Assembly: GCA_903813345.2 (NCBI GenBank)
Contig: CAIIXF020000001.1
Location: 47,988,001 to 48,052,000 of the forward strand
Direction: 5' to 3'
DNA length: 64,000 nucleotides
Source of the DNA: Owenia fusiformis
Lineage: Eukaryota
In this document: positions 26,944-39,519 of the stretch, piece after piece
Layout of the letters: every line of letters begins with the position of its first letter
How positions within the stretch are numbered: position 1 is the first letter of the stretch
Translations under genes and position numbers: made by a program
Notes under the pieces: model-generated
Database searches by the model: none
What the model was told of the DNA's origin: nothing
The model's input: the letters and a program-made list of their open reading frames with translations, nothing else

Positions 26944-29900
26944 ATGACTTCCAACAAAATAGATAACGCTAACGACACTTCTGCTAATAAGGATAATACA
27001 GCAGTGGGTGAAAGTATAGGAGAAATAGCTGAGTGTGATGAGAGGATTATTGCATGTGGATATGGAAGCTGTACACCCGAAGCATTGCAGAAGTGCAATA
27101 ACGCAAAGGTTTTCTTGGCGGTCATATGCTTATTCTGCACAGTTCAAGGCAAGTATTTTTGTGCATGGTTAGTCTGGATTGTATGAATTTTATTTCTGGT
27201 GAATTTGATGGGTCTTATGGGCTTCCCAATGATCCTACATGCTACGTCCCCTGTCATCCAATATTATACCACATATGATCCAGTTAGAAGTCCATCCATA
27301 GATAGTGGAAGATATGAGCAATGTATATCCTGGTCCTGGATTATAACCCTGTACCATGAACGTGATCCATTTTATATTTAAACGCAGACACAACATTTAT
27401 ATTTTCATTATACATCATGCAAGGCATACAATCAGCATCTGTACTGTATTCGATAAATTAAATATTTATTTGCTGCATATGTTTATTTCAGTTGTAGGCT
27501 ATATATTTCACGATTACATGTAGCCTCTGTTTATTTATGTAATTTACTTGCCCGATTGAGTATTGAGAGCTTATTGGAAAAATTAAAATTCTCTGAATGA
27601 AATGAATGAATGAATGAATGAATGTCTCTGAAAAAAGACAGAGAGGGAAAGGGTAATCCATTTGGGGTAATAAGACCACGTACACGTTTTCTTAAAAACG
27701 TGTATCCTCCCTTATAGTGAAAAACGTATTCAATAATTTTGCCATTTGCGTGAATTGTTCATTGGAGTTACGATACACAAAACAAGAAGAGGATACTGTT
27801 GTTTCATTCCTTACCATTTCTGGGAATCGGGGTATTAAAGCCTGGGATGGAAATAAAAAGGTATCATCTACATGCATACTTATGTCATATATGTGAGGTT
27901 CGTATCTGCAGGTTTTGTTGTGAATGGTATCAACAATGTAAACACATCTACCCTTGAGCGAAGGTACCAACTCCCGAGTTCCAGGGTCGGCTTAATCTCC
28001 AGCGCCTATGACATCTCTGCCGGTATATTGGTGATACCTATCACCTACTGGGGAGCACATGCCCACAAACCAAGACTTCTTGCATTCGCTTCATTGTGTT
28101 TAGCGCTTGGGTCATTCGTAATGTGTATCCCACAGATAGCTTCTGGACAGTATCAGCTGGGGAATGCTGTGTCAGATGTATGTTTGGCTGGGAGTAAGTA
28201 TGTATGTTTAGAATTATGAACGTATCTATCGATGGCTATCTTAACTAGTCATAACGAATCACCCGATTTCGTGAAAAGCGTTATCTTGTATCTATGTCAC
28301 GTCCCCATCAAGAGATTGTTTAAGTCACGGTGTTTCTGACCAGCGTTCGGAGGGGATGTTTGGCATATGTAACAAATTGTAACATTTGTGTAAATACAAC
28401 GTTGTGCTAAATTCGACATTGTCATGCTAATGCCTTGTTTCAAATTTCCTATTTTGTCTTCTGCCGTCATAAACTTGCATAATCACAGGCTGGTGTCGAA
28501 ATATTTGTCCGCTGTGACGGAGCATGCTATTTTTCGTAAAAACACTAAGAATACTTCACGATTTATTTTTTAACTCATATGTTTCGTTATACCATACAAG
28601 ATTACTTTCTCCATGCAATGGATATATCATTTGCGGGTAACTTTCACTTCTGTTTGCAGTCCAATTACGCTGGGAAGAAAAGCTATTGAAAATGGCGCCG
28701 GAGTATCATACTTCAAAATGTACCATTTCTTGTTTAACTTTCTAATGGCACGATATAGTGACACGATAATATTTACACATGGTTTCAGCATAACTATGAA
28801 GGTATAAATGAGATGTTGATGTATTTTGTCTTTTTAATTCTTTTATAAAAAATAATGTTTAATTTTTTTGTCCGCTGTGACGGAGCAGTTGCAAATGTGA
28901 AATGTGAAAATGCTCCGTCACAGCGGACAAAAAATATTAATATTATTTTTATTAAAAAAATTAAAAAGACCCAATGCATTAATATCTCATTAATACATTC
29001 AGAGTTATGCTTAAACCATATGTTAATATTATCGTGTCACTATATCATGCCATTAAAAAGTTAAAAAAGAAATGGTACATTTTAGAGTTTGATACTCTGG
29101 CGCCGTTTTCAATAGATTTTACTCCTTGCGTTATTGGACTTCAAACAGAAGTGAAGGTTACACGCAAATGATATATCCATTGCATAGAGTAAGTAATTAT
29201 CTTTGATATAACGAAACATATGAGTTAAAAAATAAATCGTGAAGCATTCTTAGTGTTTTTATGAAAAATAGCATGCTCCGTCACAGCGGACAAATCTTTC
29301 GATACCAGCCTGTGATAATATAAGAATATTCTTTGAGTCTTTGACCATAATCTTCTGACATTTTTTTCAACTTAGGTAATGCTACTGACAATGGCTGTGG
29401 TGATATAGAAGAAAGCTTGGCCTTACAGAACTACCTGTATGTGTTCATGCTGGGTCAGTTCCTACATGGAATAGGAGGAACCACATTGTACAGCATAGGA
29501 ATTGTATTTATTGATGAGAATGTTAAGACAAAAGTCTCGGCATTGTATATCGGTAGGTATCTTAATCATAATCAAAACATACAGTAATGGGGTAAAGTTG
29601 GACGGCACCTCTGTCGACTTTACATAGCTCGGGACCTTGTCGGATCCGATGGGGCACTTGGAACCCCATAAGGCTTTGATTAAAATCATTTAATTGACTG
29701 TTTAATCAACTGTTGGGGGTTTAATTGCAAATAAACGTTTCTAAACGCATGGTCAGATGAAACCGCACATTATTGTGAAAACAGGTATGAATCATAAAGA
29801 TCTCACCACGAACAGCCATGTGCGTTAATTAAATAATGGACGTTCTTGTTTTTAAATTCTAGGCATCATGTATGCGTTCTCTGCAGTGGGACCAGCATTG

Positions 29901-32900
29901 GGATATGTAGCAGGAGGACAGTTCTTAAATATCTACGTAGACGCGGCAGTCACAAATTCAGCAGAGTAAGTCGATTTGGCGTATGTTGTGGAATACCATG
30001 GGTCGTTAAAGTTGAGGTAACTAGGGTAATTGTCATACCACAGTCTGAGCGAAGCAGAATCCTAATTATTTCAAGTTGTCTTATTTGGTCACTTCATAAA
30101 CTCGGAAACTATTTGTAAAAATAATGTCCAGATAGCTTTCTCAAAAATGCGCCTTACTACATATGCATGTTAATGACCAGATACGTTTCTGAAAATGTAC
30201 TTTACGTTTGAGATAAACTAAACGTGCACGTTACTCACCAGATAAGTTTCTAAAAATATACTTTACTTTCCAGATAACTTTTTAAAAACATTACTTTCAA
30301 AATAATTTTCAATAATAAGTTTTTGCAAATGTATAACACTTTCGAGATAATACAATAAGTTGCCTTTTGAAAATGTGTATGAATCATAATCATATTTTTT
30401 GTTTCAGTATTAGTATCACAGATGAGGATCCTAGATGGGTAGGAGCGTGGTGGTTAGGATTTGCTATAGGATGTTGTGGTTTTGTAGTAGTTGCAGCTAT
30501 GCTCTTTTGCTACGGATACGAGTTACCTGGTAAATGAATGACTAAGTACACATTTTCATATTCGTGTTCTTCTAATTACAGGGTGGTCAAAAAACTGCAA
30601 CCCTGGGTTTTCATGATATTTTGTCATTAGGGGTTAACTCCCTGATATGACACATGTATAAATCAATCAACCCCCTACCAGCCAACCAGTTTTTGACCAC
30701 CCTGTAAAAATCAATAATTAGCTATAGTGATAATTGAACAGTCACAATATTGATTTTCAAGATTGTAGCATTTATATGTATCATCTTTACGTTTTTTTAC
30801 AATTTCACCCATTCAGATCATTTACTGTTTACTCACATAGATGCAAAAGAAGCCAAGACCGAGAGATATTCACAGGCACATCAGGACGGCAGCGAAGATG
30901 TAGCCAATCGAGATGGCTTCGGAAAATCAATAAAAGACCTTCCATTGTCAACCAAACTGATTTTGCTAAATCCGACCTTCATGTTCATTAATTTGGCTGG
31001 TTGCACAGAGGGGTTGATCATCAGTGGATTCGCAACATTTATGCCAAAATTCATACAGAATCAGTTTTGGCAAACTGCCGGCATGTCTGCCTTTTATGGA
31101 GGTATGACTATTGGCTCCCAGGGACGCAACTCGATATTTTCCAACAATGAAAATGTCAGAATGTGATTACCTGACAATAAATTCATAATCAACAGTCCAA
31201 AAGATTCTTACCAATATCTTGATCACTTCTTGTGTGTTTTTGAATTCTTACTTGAAATATAAGACAAAAACTCGCGATTCAAATTCTGAATTGAACAAAA
31301 TGGCAGCTGTTTGAATTCGAATTCTGTAATCACGTCGACGACATCTTCATATATGGTAGAATATCGAGTTTGAACCCTGGGAGCCAATCCTCCTTGTGAC
31401 TAGCACTAAAATAAATTCAAGTAGCATGGGCCAGACATATGCCAAGCAAGGTAACAACATTACCGTGCATAAATATATTTTCCCAATGTTTCCCGACTAG
31501 AATTGTAGAAATGAAGTCCAAAAAGGAGTAATATGACTCCTTTAGTCTGATTTTGCCTAGGCCTAATTTCAGATTCTGCCCCTAACATTTTATCTTTCCA
31601 AGAAGGATTGACCTTGTAGACCTGCCTCGGAGAAAGACTGGTGATATGTATGATTATTGTAGGGTTAGTAGCTGTGATTGGCGCAGCGGGAGGGCAGGCT
31701 CTGGGGGGCTTTATCGCCAAACGTTTCAACCTGAAGGTGAAGGGAATGCTGAAACTCAGTATGGGATGCTGCATTGCATGCGTTGCCTTTGTGCTGATCT
31801 TCCTAGCCCGCTGCGATAGCGAGAAGATAGGGGGGATTACAGTGTCCTACATTAACAAGTTAGACTTTTATACCCCCTAGAACTAGTGTTCAGTTATAAA
31901 ATGTCGGATCAGGTTGAAAACATCATGTCAACTGTCATTACCCATACTTCAAGTACTCCCAATTCTGATATGGTGCTTTGGTTCACCATATTGTTATAGT
32001 CCCTAACTTTTTTTGTGGACGGTGTTCGGCGTTTGGCGTTCGTCGGTCGGCGTCTTCAACAAATAGCAGATGGTCAGATTTCGCATGCTTATGCCTTGTC
32101 TAATTGTATTTTTAATGGTTCTAACTTCTAAGTCCCATATCAAATGCTTTCACCTTTCTGATATACCCTTTCTGATATTTGGATGCTTTAATAATAGTGG
32201 GAAGAATATTTACTTTGTGCATTGGCTAATTAATTATGACACAGATGGGCCTGTTAGAATTGAACATTTTCAGTCTCAGCATTTTTCAGTTTTTGAGTAG
32301 GACACCGAAACTCCACAATATTGCCGTATAGCTAATTTGAATGCCGTCCAAAAATATACGCCCAAAACTTCGTGAACAGCCCTCTTCACACGTTGAATTA
32401 CATTTGACCTTAATGACTTGATCAAAAAAATATCAGAGGCGTTTTGACGTCTTCTTCCATGTTCTTGGCGATAGAAGTTCTATAAAACTGTATTTTACTT
32501 GGATATCATTACCGTCCAAGTGCAGGAAGTGGAACTTCTGACAATCGAGGACAATGACAAAATTTATCTTCGGGGGCCGGCCATTAATTATGATTAAATG
32601 ATTGTGATTTGAATCTAGTGTTCTTCAACTACACTTGTAACTTCAATAAAATAATAACAAACCGATAATATAGACTGATAGAGAATGACTTTTATGAAAT
32701 TATATTTTAAGAAGTGGTGTTTACACTTATCAAATAACTTAAAAAGACGACGTGGCTTTTAAACCCATGAATGTAAAAATGTCGACTATAGATTTGTATA
32801 TTTACTCCTAAGGCCATAAATCAAGAGTAGACGTAGTACTACTGTACTGTATATGAGACTAAAGGGCACGACGTCTTTTTAAGTCAGCCAGATATTTATA

Positions 32901-34683
32901 TTGATATGAAAGCAAGGGATAATCTCACATTTTATTTTATAATTATCTGGTATCACCTAGTATTTGTACAGATCCCCCAACCCCACCCCCTAAAAATAAA
33001 ATCACGTTTATCAACTTCCAGAACTGAGATTGAAGAATCAGCACTAATTGCGGATTGCAACCGTGGATGCAACTGCACAAGTGAAAGCTATGAGCCAATA
33101 TGTGGAATAGATGGCATTGCCTACTTCACCCCATGCCATGCAGGCTGTCTTCGATCATTTAGAGACGGAAGCACAAAAGTATATTTTAACTACTAAAGTA
33201 ATACTACACGACTATTTCATTATATTGAATCATGGGCTTTCAATTAGATCGTGCCATATAAGTGATAATCCACGAGGACCGAATGGCTAGTGAGTAGCGT
33301 CTTGTGAAAGTACAGGGGGTATACTGAAAATAGAATGAAATATTTGTTTTAATTATATTACTCTCAAGTTTACCATCCTCAAAATCAGTTCATATTTGAA
33401 ACATTGATAAATACATCTATATACGTAGGTTGAATTTCCGTTTACCAGTAGTATTTAGGTCTCCCGTCATCTCTAATATTTTTATTTACTTTTTTATTTC
33501 AGAGAAAAATGAGTTAAAACGACTCTAATCTTTACTTACACTGAAATTGAACGCTTGATAATAGTCTTATCTTGTTTTCTCCCTTGTAAACTATAATATC
33601 ATGTATTGCAGAGATATGCAAATTGTTCCTGTATTGACACACCAGCTGAGTCTCCATATTCAGCGACAAGCGGAAAGTGTGAACCGACGTGTAACCTCCT
33701 CGCTGTCTTTCTACCAATATTCTTTATCGTTGTGACCTTGACCTTCATGGTGAGCCCTATTGGTATGTCAGCCTCTCTAAGGGTCATACCAGATGCACAA
33801 AGATCATATTCAGTAGGAATAAAATGGGTCATTATGCGTTTTCTAGGTAAGAAAATACCACGATTGCAACGATTGGCTTTATTTGATTTTAGGTAGACCA
33901 ACTAAAAGTAAAAAATAAAACTCATGACCATTAGCATAGTAAGGAATGACTTGTGGGGCAACATGGTAAAAATATTAGAATAGTACTGCGCATGTACGTT
34001 GACATGGCTGAGAAAGGGTTTCAGAAATTACTTGAATTTTTGTTTTTGCCATCCATACTGTATTTTCTAAAAAGTCCTAGTGGTCATTATCCGTCCCGGT
34101 CCAGGTCGAATAATGGTTTTATACTTCGTTTTCCATAAGTGGTGGTAATATTGATAACCTCATTTCGCCTTTGAAATTGGGTTATGGGTATATTTAAAGG
34201 GAACTATTGGTTGTTTCCGACATTATTTTTCATTTTCTATCCTTTCTAAAAAGAATTTACATATCAGTTGTATACAACTTTGCACTTCCAGGTACTGTAC
34301 CAGGGCCAATCTTGTTTGGTGCCATATTTGACATTGCCTGTAGACAGTGGCAGGAGAAGTGTGATGAACGGGGCTCTTGCTGGATTTACGACAACAATAG
34401 TCTCAGTCTCAATTTGCTATTATTAGGACTAGTTATTAAAATTATATCAGCAATATTTTTCTTTGTTGCATATCTTTTATACAAACCACCCCCAGTTGAT
34501 GCACCTATAAGCTTACTGGATAAACGTGGGAAAACTATTTCGGAAAATGTAAACAACATCAATACAACTGATACCCAAATAGATGCAGCTCAAGGAAATA
34601 AGTCAAACGGGGATATTACGGATGCAATAAAAGTGAAAACAGATCAGGGAGAAGTGAACCCTGTATTTGTAACAACACTTTAA
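26944..34683 (+). CDS. Organic anion transporting polypeptide, OATP4 (SLCO4A1/4C1)-like (709 aa, 10 coding exons)
   Basis: Exons 26944-27148, 27912-28193, 29376-29552, 29863-29965, 30408-30529, 30841-31101, 31663-31858, 33022-33178, 33612-33846 and 34292-34683. OATP signature DPRWVGAWWLGF, Kazal-like CNRGCNC..YEPICG...YFTPCHAGC, and PGPILFGAIFD..C..W..C...GSCWIYDN. Confidence 0.95.
28484..29314. mobile_element. 831-bp palindromic element, CAC...GTG ends, 5-bp TSD ATAAT (Transib/CMC-like)
   Basis: ATAAT|CACAGGCTGGT...ACCAGCCTGTG|ATAAT. The arms pair to a centre near 28899. The motif TGTCCGCTGTGACGGAGCA occurs twice per arm. Confidence 0.85.
30579..30704. mobile_element. Tc1/mariner-type MITE
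   Basis: TA|CAGGGTGGTCAAAAAACTG ... CAGTTTTTGACCACCCTG|TA. Confidence 0.8.
31110..31396. mobile_element. MITE-like inverted-repeat element just after an OATP splice donor
   Basis: ATTGGCTCCCAGGG..AACTCGATATT / AATATCGAGTT..CCCTGGGAGCCAAT. The right end (reverse complement CAAGGAGGATTGGCTCCCAG) recurs at 42451. Confidence 0.65.
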
Positions 34684-36398
34684 ATGGATGCAATAAAAAT
34701 TACAATATATATCCGAGAAGCAAACGCTGCTTTTGAAACAATGAATGGAAATGACAATATGCACAAAGGAAGGGAGAAGCAAACGCTGTATTTGTAACAA
34801 CACTTTAACGTTTTGTACATGCATTTCATCGATGTTTTGTTTCAGACATCGATGCATCGGCAGAATCACTTTGGGCGATGAATATCGCGATGCATCGATT
34901 AATCGCGACAAAACTACAAAGGAGAAGCAAACGCTGCATTTGTAACAACACTTTAAAGTTTTGTGCTTGTATTTCCTTAAAAATTAACGCAATGGTCAGT
35001 GCAAACGTTGTATATAACAATAGAGTACAATATTAATATAATGACAAAACAACAAAAAATGCTTGCATTTCCGAAATTGTTTCTATTTTTGTATAAATAT
35101 AGAAATAAATCTTGTGAAATATTAAAAAATAGTTACCGTATGTCAAATTCTTCATCCACAGTTCATTTCTCACAGGTAAGATCTGAGACGAGATGGTCTT
35201 CATTGTAATTAGTCCTTATTCGAGTTCACCATACTATATACGTTTTGCTAAAAATTGAAATACATTTTTTGTTCTTTACACAGGGTGGACCACAATAATT
35301 TCTATTTTCTATTGCTACTACTAGTAACTCTAACCGTGTTATGGATTTCTAGAATTTTTTTGCTAATCAAGAAATTAATTGACTTTTAGCTAGGATTATC
35401 CAAGATTATCTATACTATCAATAGTATTCTGCCTCAACCAATATCTTTGCTGCCATCTGTTTATCCATCTCTATTATTCCAAGGTACTACTACTTTCCGC
35501 CCAATGAATAACACAGGGGAATATTTTTGACATAAAAACATATTCGTCCTTAGCCCTCTCACGAAAATGGTATTCTCCTAGTCAATATAAAGATATAACA
35601 TAATTTTTCGATGAATATTCCAAATTTTGATAACTCTTTTTCTCTTCTTTTACTTTTAAATGAGATTAAACATATTCTTATGCTTTGTCATATTCAAAAT
35701 TGATTTTTCTTCAAGATAATAGGCTACTAAAATCATACTTGAAATATTATCAAAAAAGGAAGCATGGCAGTGCTCATTTTGAAGTTCTCATGTTTATAAC
35801 ACAGAGTTGTATATGCTTCTCTTCCTTGAAAGCCCGTGATTTGTCTCCGTTAAGGCTAAGGCTTGTGCTCAGGCTAAGGCTTGGGAATTTTTAGACGTGG
35901 ATCCACGGCTCTAGTGACTTATTTGACTATCGGAGTTTTGATAGGGTCACTAGATGACAAATCTCAGATATATATATAAAGGCCCAGAGGCGCATGAATG
36001 CACCTAGGGAATTTTGGGACACCCTGTATACGCTTCATTCAGAGTTCTACGTGGACTTTCAAATAGCTAATGCAAGTAGAATAATGCCATTTATTAGAAA
36101 AATTCTGTTCTTATCTTTTTACACAATATTAGCATGGGCTTTCAACTAGTTGAAAGCCCATGATATTAGTTAACAAATCCTGTCTTGATGTGCAGAAAAA
36201 ACTCACGCCAAACAGGGCACGTGTGCGGTGATCACCTACTTGACATGTATCAATATAACATGCCCATGTTACAATCCCATAGATAGGTGAACATATTTCG
36301 TGATGATTTCTGTAACATGCAGACAAATGTGGCTTTGGTAGGCTCGCACATGTGTAGAAAGCGCAACCAACATGTAAAATCACGCGGCAATGTACCCT

Positions 36399-38820
36399 GA
36401 TCATGTTTTGGTGTAGCAAGCGTAGTTGGCGTAGGCCTAGGGTGAACCATGACAGTGTGTGAGTATACCTACAGACTCATGTTTCCGTGTAGCAAGCGTA
36501 GCTGGCGTAGTAAACATACCATATTGTTTTTCTTCAAATAAATGCACGTAGCAGACCATGGGCTCTACCACCCCACACAAGGGTGACCCTACAGTGTGTA
36601 TGTATACCTGTAGACTCATGTTTTGGTGTAGCAGGCGTAGTTGGCGAAGTCAACACAGTACATACTATGAAGTGGTCATTTTCAATAAAAATATCCGTAG
36701 CAGACGTAGCTGTACCCAGGGTACACCATAGCAGTGTGTGTGTATACCTATAGACTCATGTTTAGGTGTAGCAAGCGTAGTTGGCGTAGTAAACATACTA
36801 TACTGTTTTTGTTCAATTAAATACCCGTAGCAGACGTAGTTGTACATAGGGTGACCCTACAGTGTATGTGTATACCTATAGACTCATGTTTTGGTGTAGC
36901 AGGCGTAGTTGGCGTAGTCAACACAGTACATACTATGAAGTGGTCATTTTCAATAAAATACTCGTAGCAGACGTAGCTATACCCAGGGTACACCATGGCA
37001 GTGTGTGGTATACCTATAGACTCATGTTTGGGTGTAGCAAGCGTAGTTGGCGTATTAAACATACTATACTGTTTTTGTTCAATTAAATACCCGTAGCAGA
37101 CGTAGTTGTACACAAGGTGACCCTACAGAGTATATGTATACCTATAGACTCATGTTTTGGTGTATCAGGCGTAGTTGGCGTAGTCAACACAGTACATACT
37201 ATGAAGTGGTCATTTTCAATCAAATACTCGTAGCAGACGTAGCTATACCCAGGGTACACCATAGCAGTGTGTGTGTATACCTATAGACCAATGTTTTGGT
37301 GTAGCAAGCGTAGTTGGCGTAGTCAACATACTATGAAGTGGTCATTTTCAATCAAATACCCGTAGCAGACGTAGCTATACCTAGGGTGGACCATGCCAGT
37401 GTGTATGTATACCTATAGACCAATGATTTGGTGTAGCAAGCGTAGTTGGCGTAGTCAACATACTATCATGTGGTTATTTTCAATAAAATACCCGTAGCAG
37501 ACGTAGCTATACCTAGGGTGGACCATGACAGTGTGTATGTATGCCTATAGACCAATGTTTTGGTGTAGCAAGCGTAGTTGGCGTAGTCAACATACTATCA
37601 TGTGGTTATTTTCAATAAAATACCCGTAGCAGATGTAGCTATACCTAGGGTGGACCATGACAGTGTGTATGTATGCCTATAGACCAATGTTTTGGTGTAG
37701 CAAGCGTAGTTGGCGTAGTCAACATACTATCATGTGGTTATTTTCAATAAAATACCCGTAGCAGGCGTAGCTATACCTAGGGTGGACCATGAGAGTGTGT
37801 ATGTATACCTATAGACCAATGTTTTGGTGTAGCAAGCGTAGTTGGCGTAGTCAACATATTATCATGTGGTTATTTTCAATAAAATACCCGTAGCAGACGT
37901 AGCTATCCCTAGGGTGGACCATGCCAGTGTGTATGTATACCTATAGACCAATGTTTTGGTGTAGCAAGCGTAGTTGGCGTAGTCAACATACTATCATGTG
38001 GTTATTTTCAATAAAATACCCGTAGCAGACGTAGCTATACCTAGGGTGGACCATGACAGTGTGTATGTATACCTAGAGACCAATGATTTGGTGTAGCAAG
38101 CGTAGTTGGCGTAGTCAACATACTATCATGTGGTTATTTGCAATAAAATACCCGTAGCAGACGTAGCTATACCTAGGGTGGACCATGACAGTGTGTATGT
38201 ATGCCTATAGACCAATGTTTTGGTGTAGCAAGCGTAGTTGGCGTAGTCAACATACTATCATGTGGTTATTTTCAATAAAATACCCGTAGCAGACGTAGCT
38301 ATACCTAGGGTGGACCATGACAGTGTGTATGTATGCCTATAGACCAATGTTTTGGTGTAGCAAGCGTAGTTGGCGTAGTCAACATACTATGAAGTGGTCA
38401 TTTTCAATCAAATACCCGTAGCAGACGTAGCTATACCTAGGGTGGACCATGAGAGTGTGTATGTATACCTATAGACCAATGTTTTGGTGTAGCAAGCGTA
38501 GTTGGCGTAGTCAACATATTATCATGTGGTTATTTTCAATAAAATACCCGTAGCAGACGTAGCTATCCCTAGGGTGGACCATGCCAGTGTGTATATATAC
38601 CTATAGACCAATGTTTTGGTGTAGCAAGCGTAGTTGGCGTCGTCAACATACTATCATGTGGTTATTTCCAATAAAATACCCGTAGCAGACGTAGCTATAC
38701 CCACAGTGAACCATGGCAGTGTGTGTGTATACCTTTACACTCATATTTTGGTGTAGCAAGCGTAGTTGGCGTAGTCAACACAGTACATACTATGATGTGG
38801 TTAGTTTCAATAAAAGACCC
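36399..38820 (+). repeat. 132-bp satellite array, about 19 units
   Basis: GTGTAGCAAGCGTAGTTGGCGTAG starts at 37431, 37563, 37695 and onward at 132-bp spacing. Edge units are more divergent. Confidence 0.97.
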
Positions 38821-39519
38821 TTTAACGTGCTTCATAACACGGACGAGTGAATTATACATGAAATACATGTTATGAAAGTTTTAATTGAGATATAAGTTTA
38901 AAACGTATAAAAAGACAGGATTTTGACGATGAGTGTAAACTTATAAATTATATCCACGCGTACAGACAATAACACACTCTTGTGTCTCAATGGATGGACA
39001 GTGAACACTACAAAATTAATAAGCTAAATATCTAAAGTGTCCAATCAAAGTTATCAAACACGTTGACTAGCATTTTAATACACTATTCAATCCAATCTCA
39101 GTGCTAGCGATTACTGCATCGAGCCACTTGGTTGCATAATCAACTCTAGAAATAACGTTTGAAAATGACCCGCAGTCATTACAGACTTTTTGCGATGATT
39201 TTATTCATCATACAAGAAAAATACCACATCCGTGCTTCGTACTTGCAATATAACTGAATTATAAGGTGTCGGATGCGTTCTAGGTGCAAATCACAATAAT
39301 TATAACCTGACGATGAGGGAGCGGCAACTTGTGTCAAGTGTAAACTGACTGTAATTGTTAAGTTTCAATATGACATGCATCTGACACCCCCCGCTCTAAT
39401 TTCCAAGTTAACGTGATGAAAAATACTTTGCCTGCATTACTATTAGGGTTAACTGTGAATTGAGGTACGAGCATTGAGACAACGTACATTAGAATTGACA
39501 ACGTACATTATGTACAAAA

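Noticed and set aside
27595..27624. (GAAT)n microsatellite
   Set aside because: Common simple repeat.
30120..30350. Degenerate CCAGATA..TTTCT.AAAAT repeats
   Set aside because: Decayed intronic minisatellite with no further structure.
31995..32590. Possible HINE-like element in an OATP intron (GGCGT repeats)
   Set aside because: Termini could not be defined confidently.
32737..32884. Small imperfect inverted repeat
   Set aside because: Short degenerate arms and no TSD; likely a MITE relic.
35281..36026. Possible mariner MITE (CAGGGTG ... CACCCTG)
   Set aside because: TIR match is only about 7 bp and the left TA flank is imperfect.
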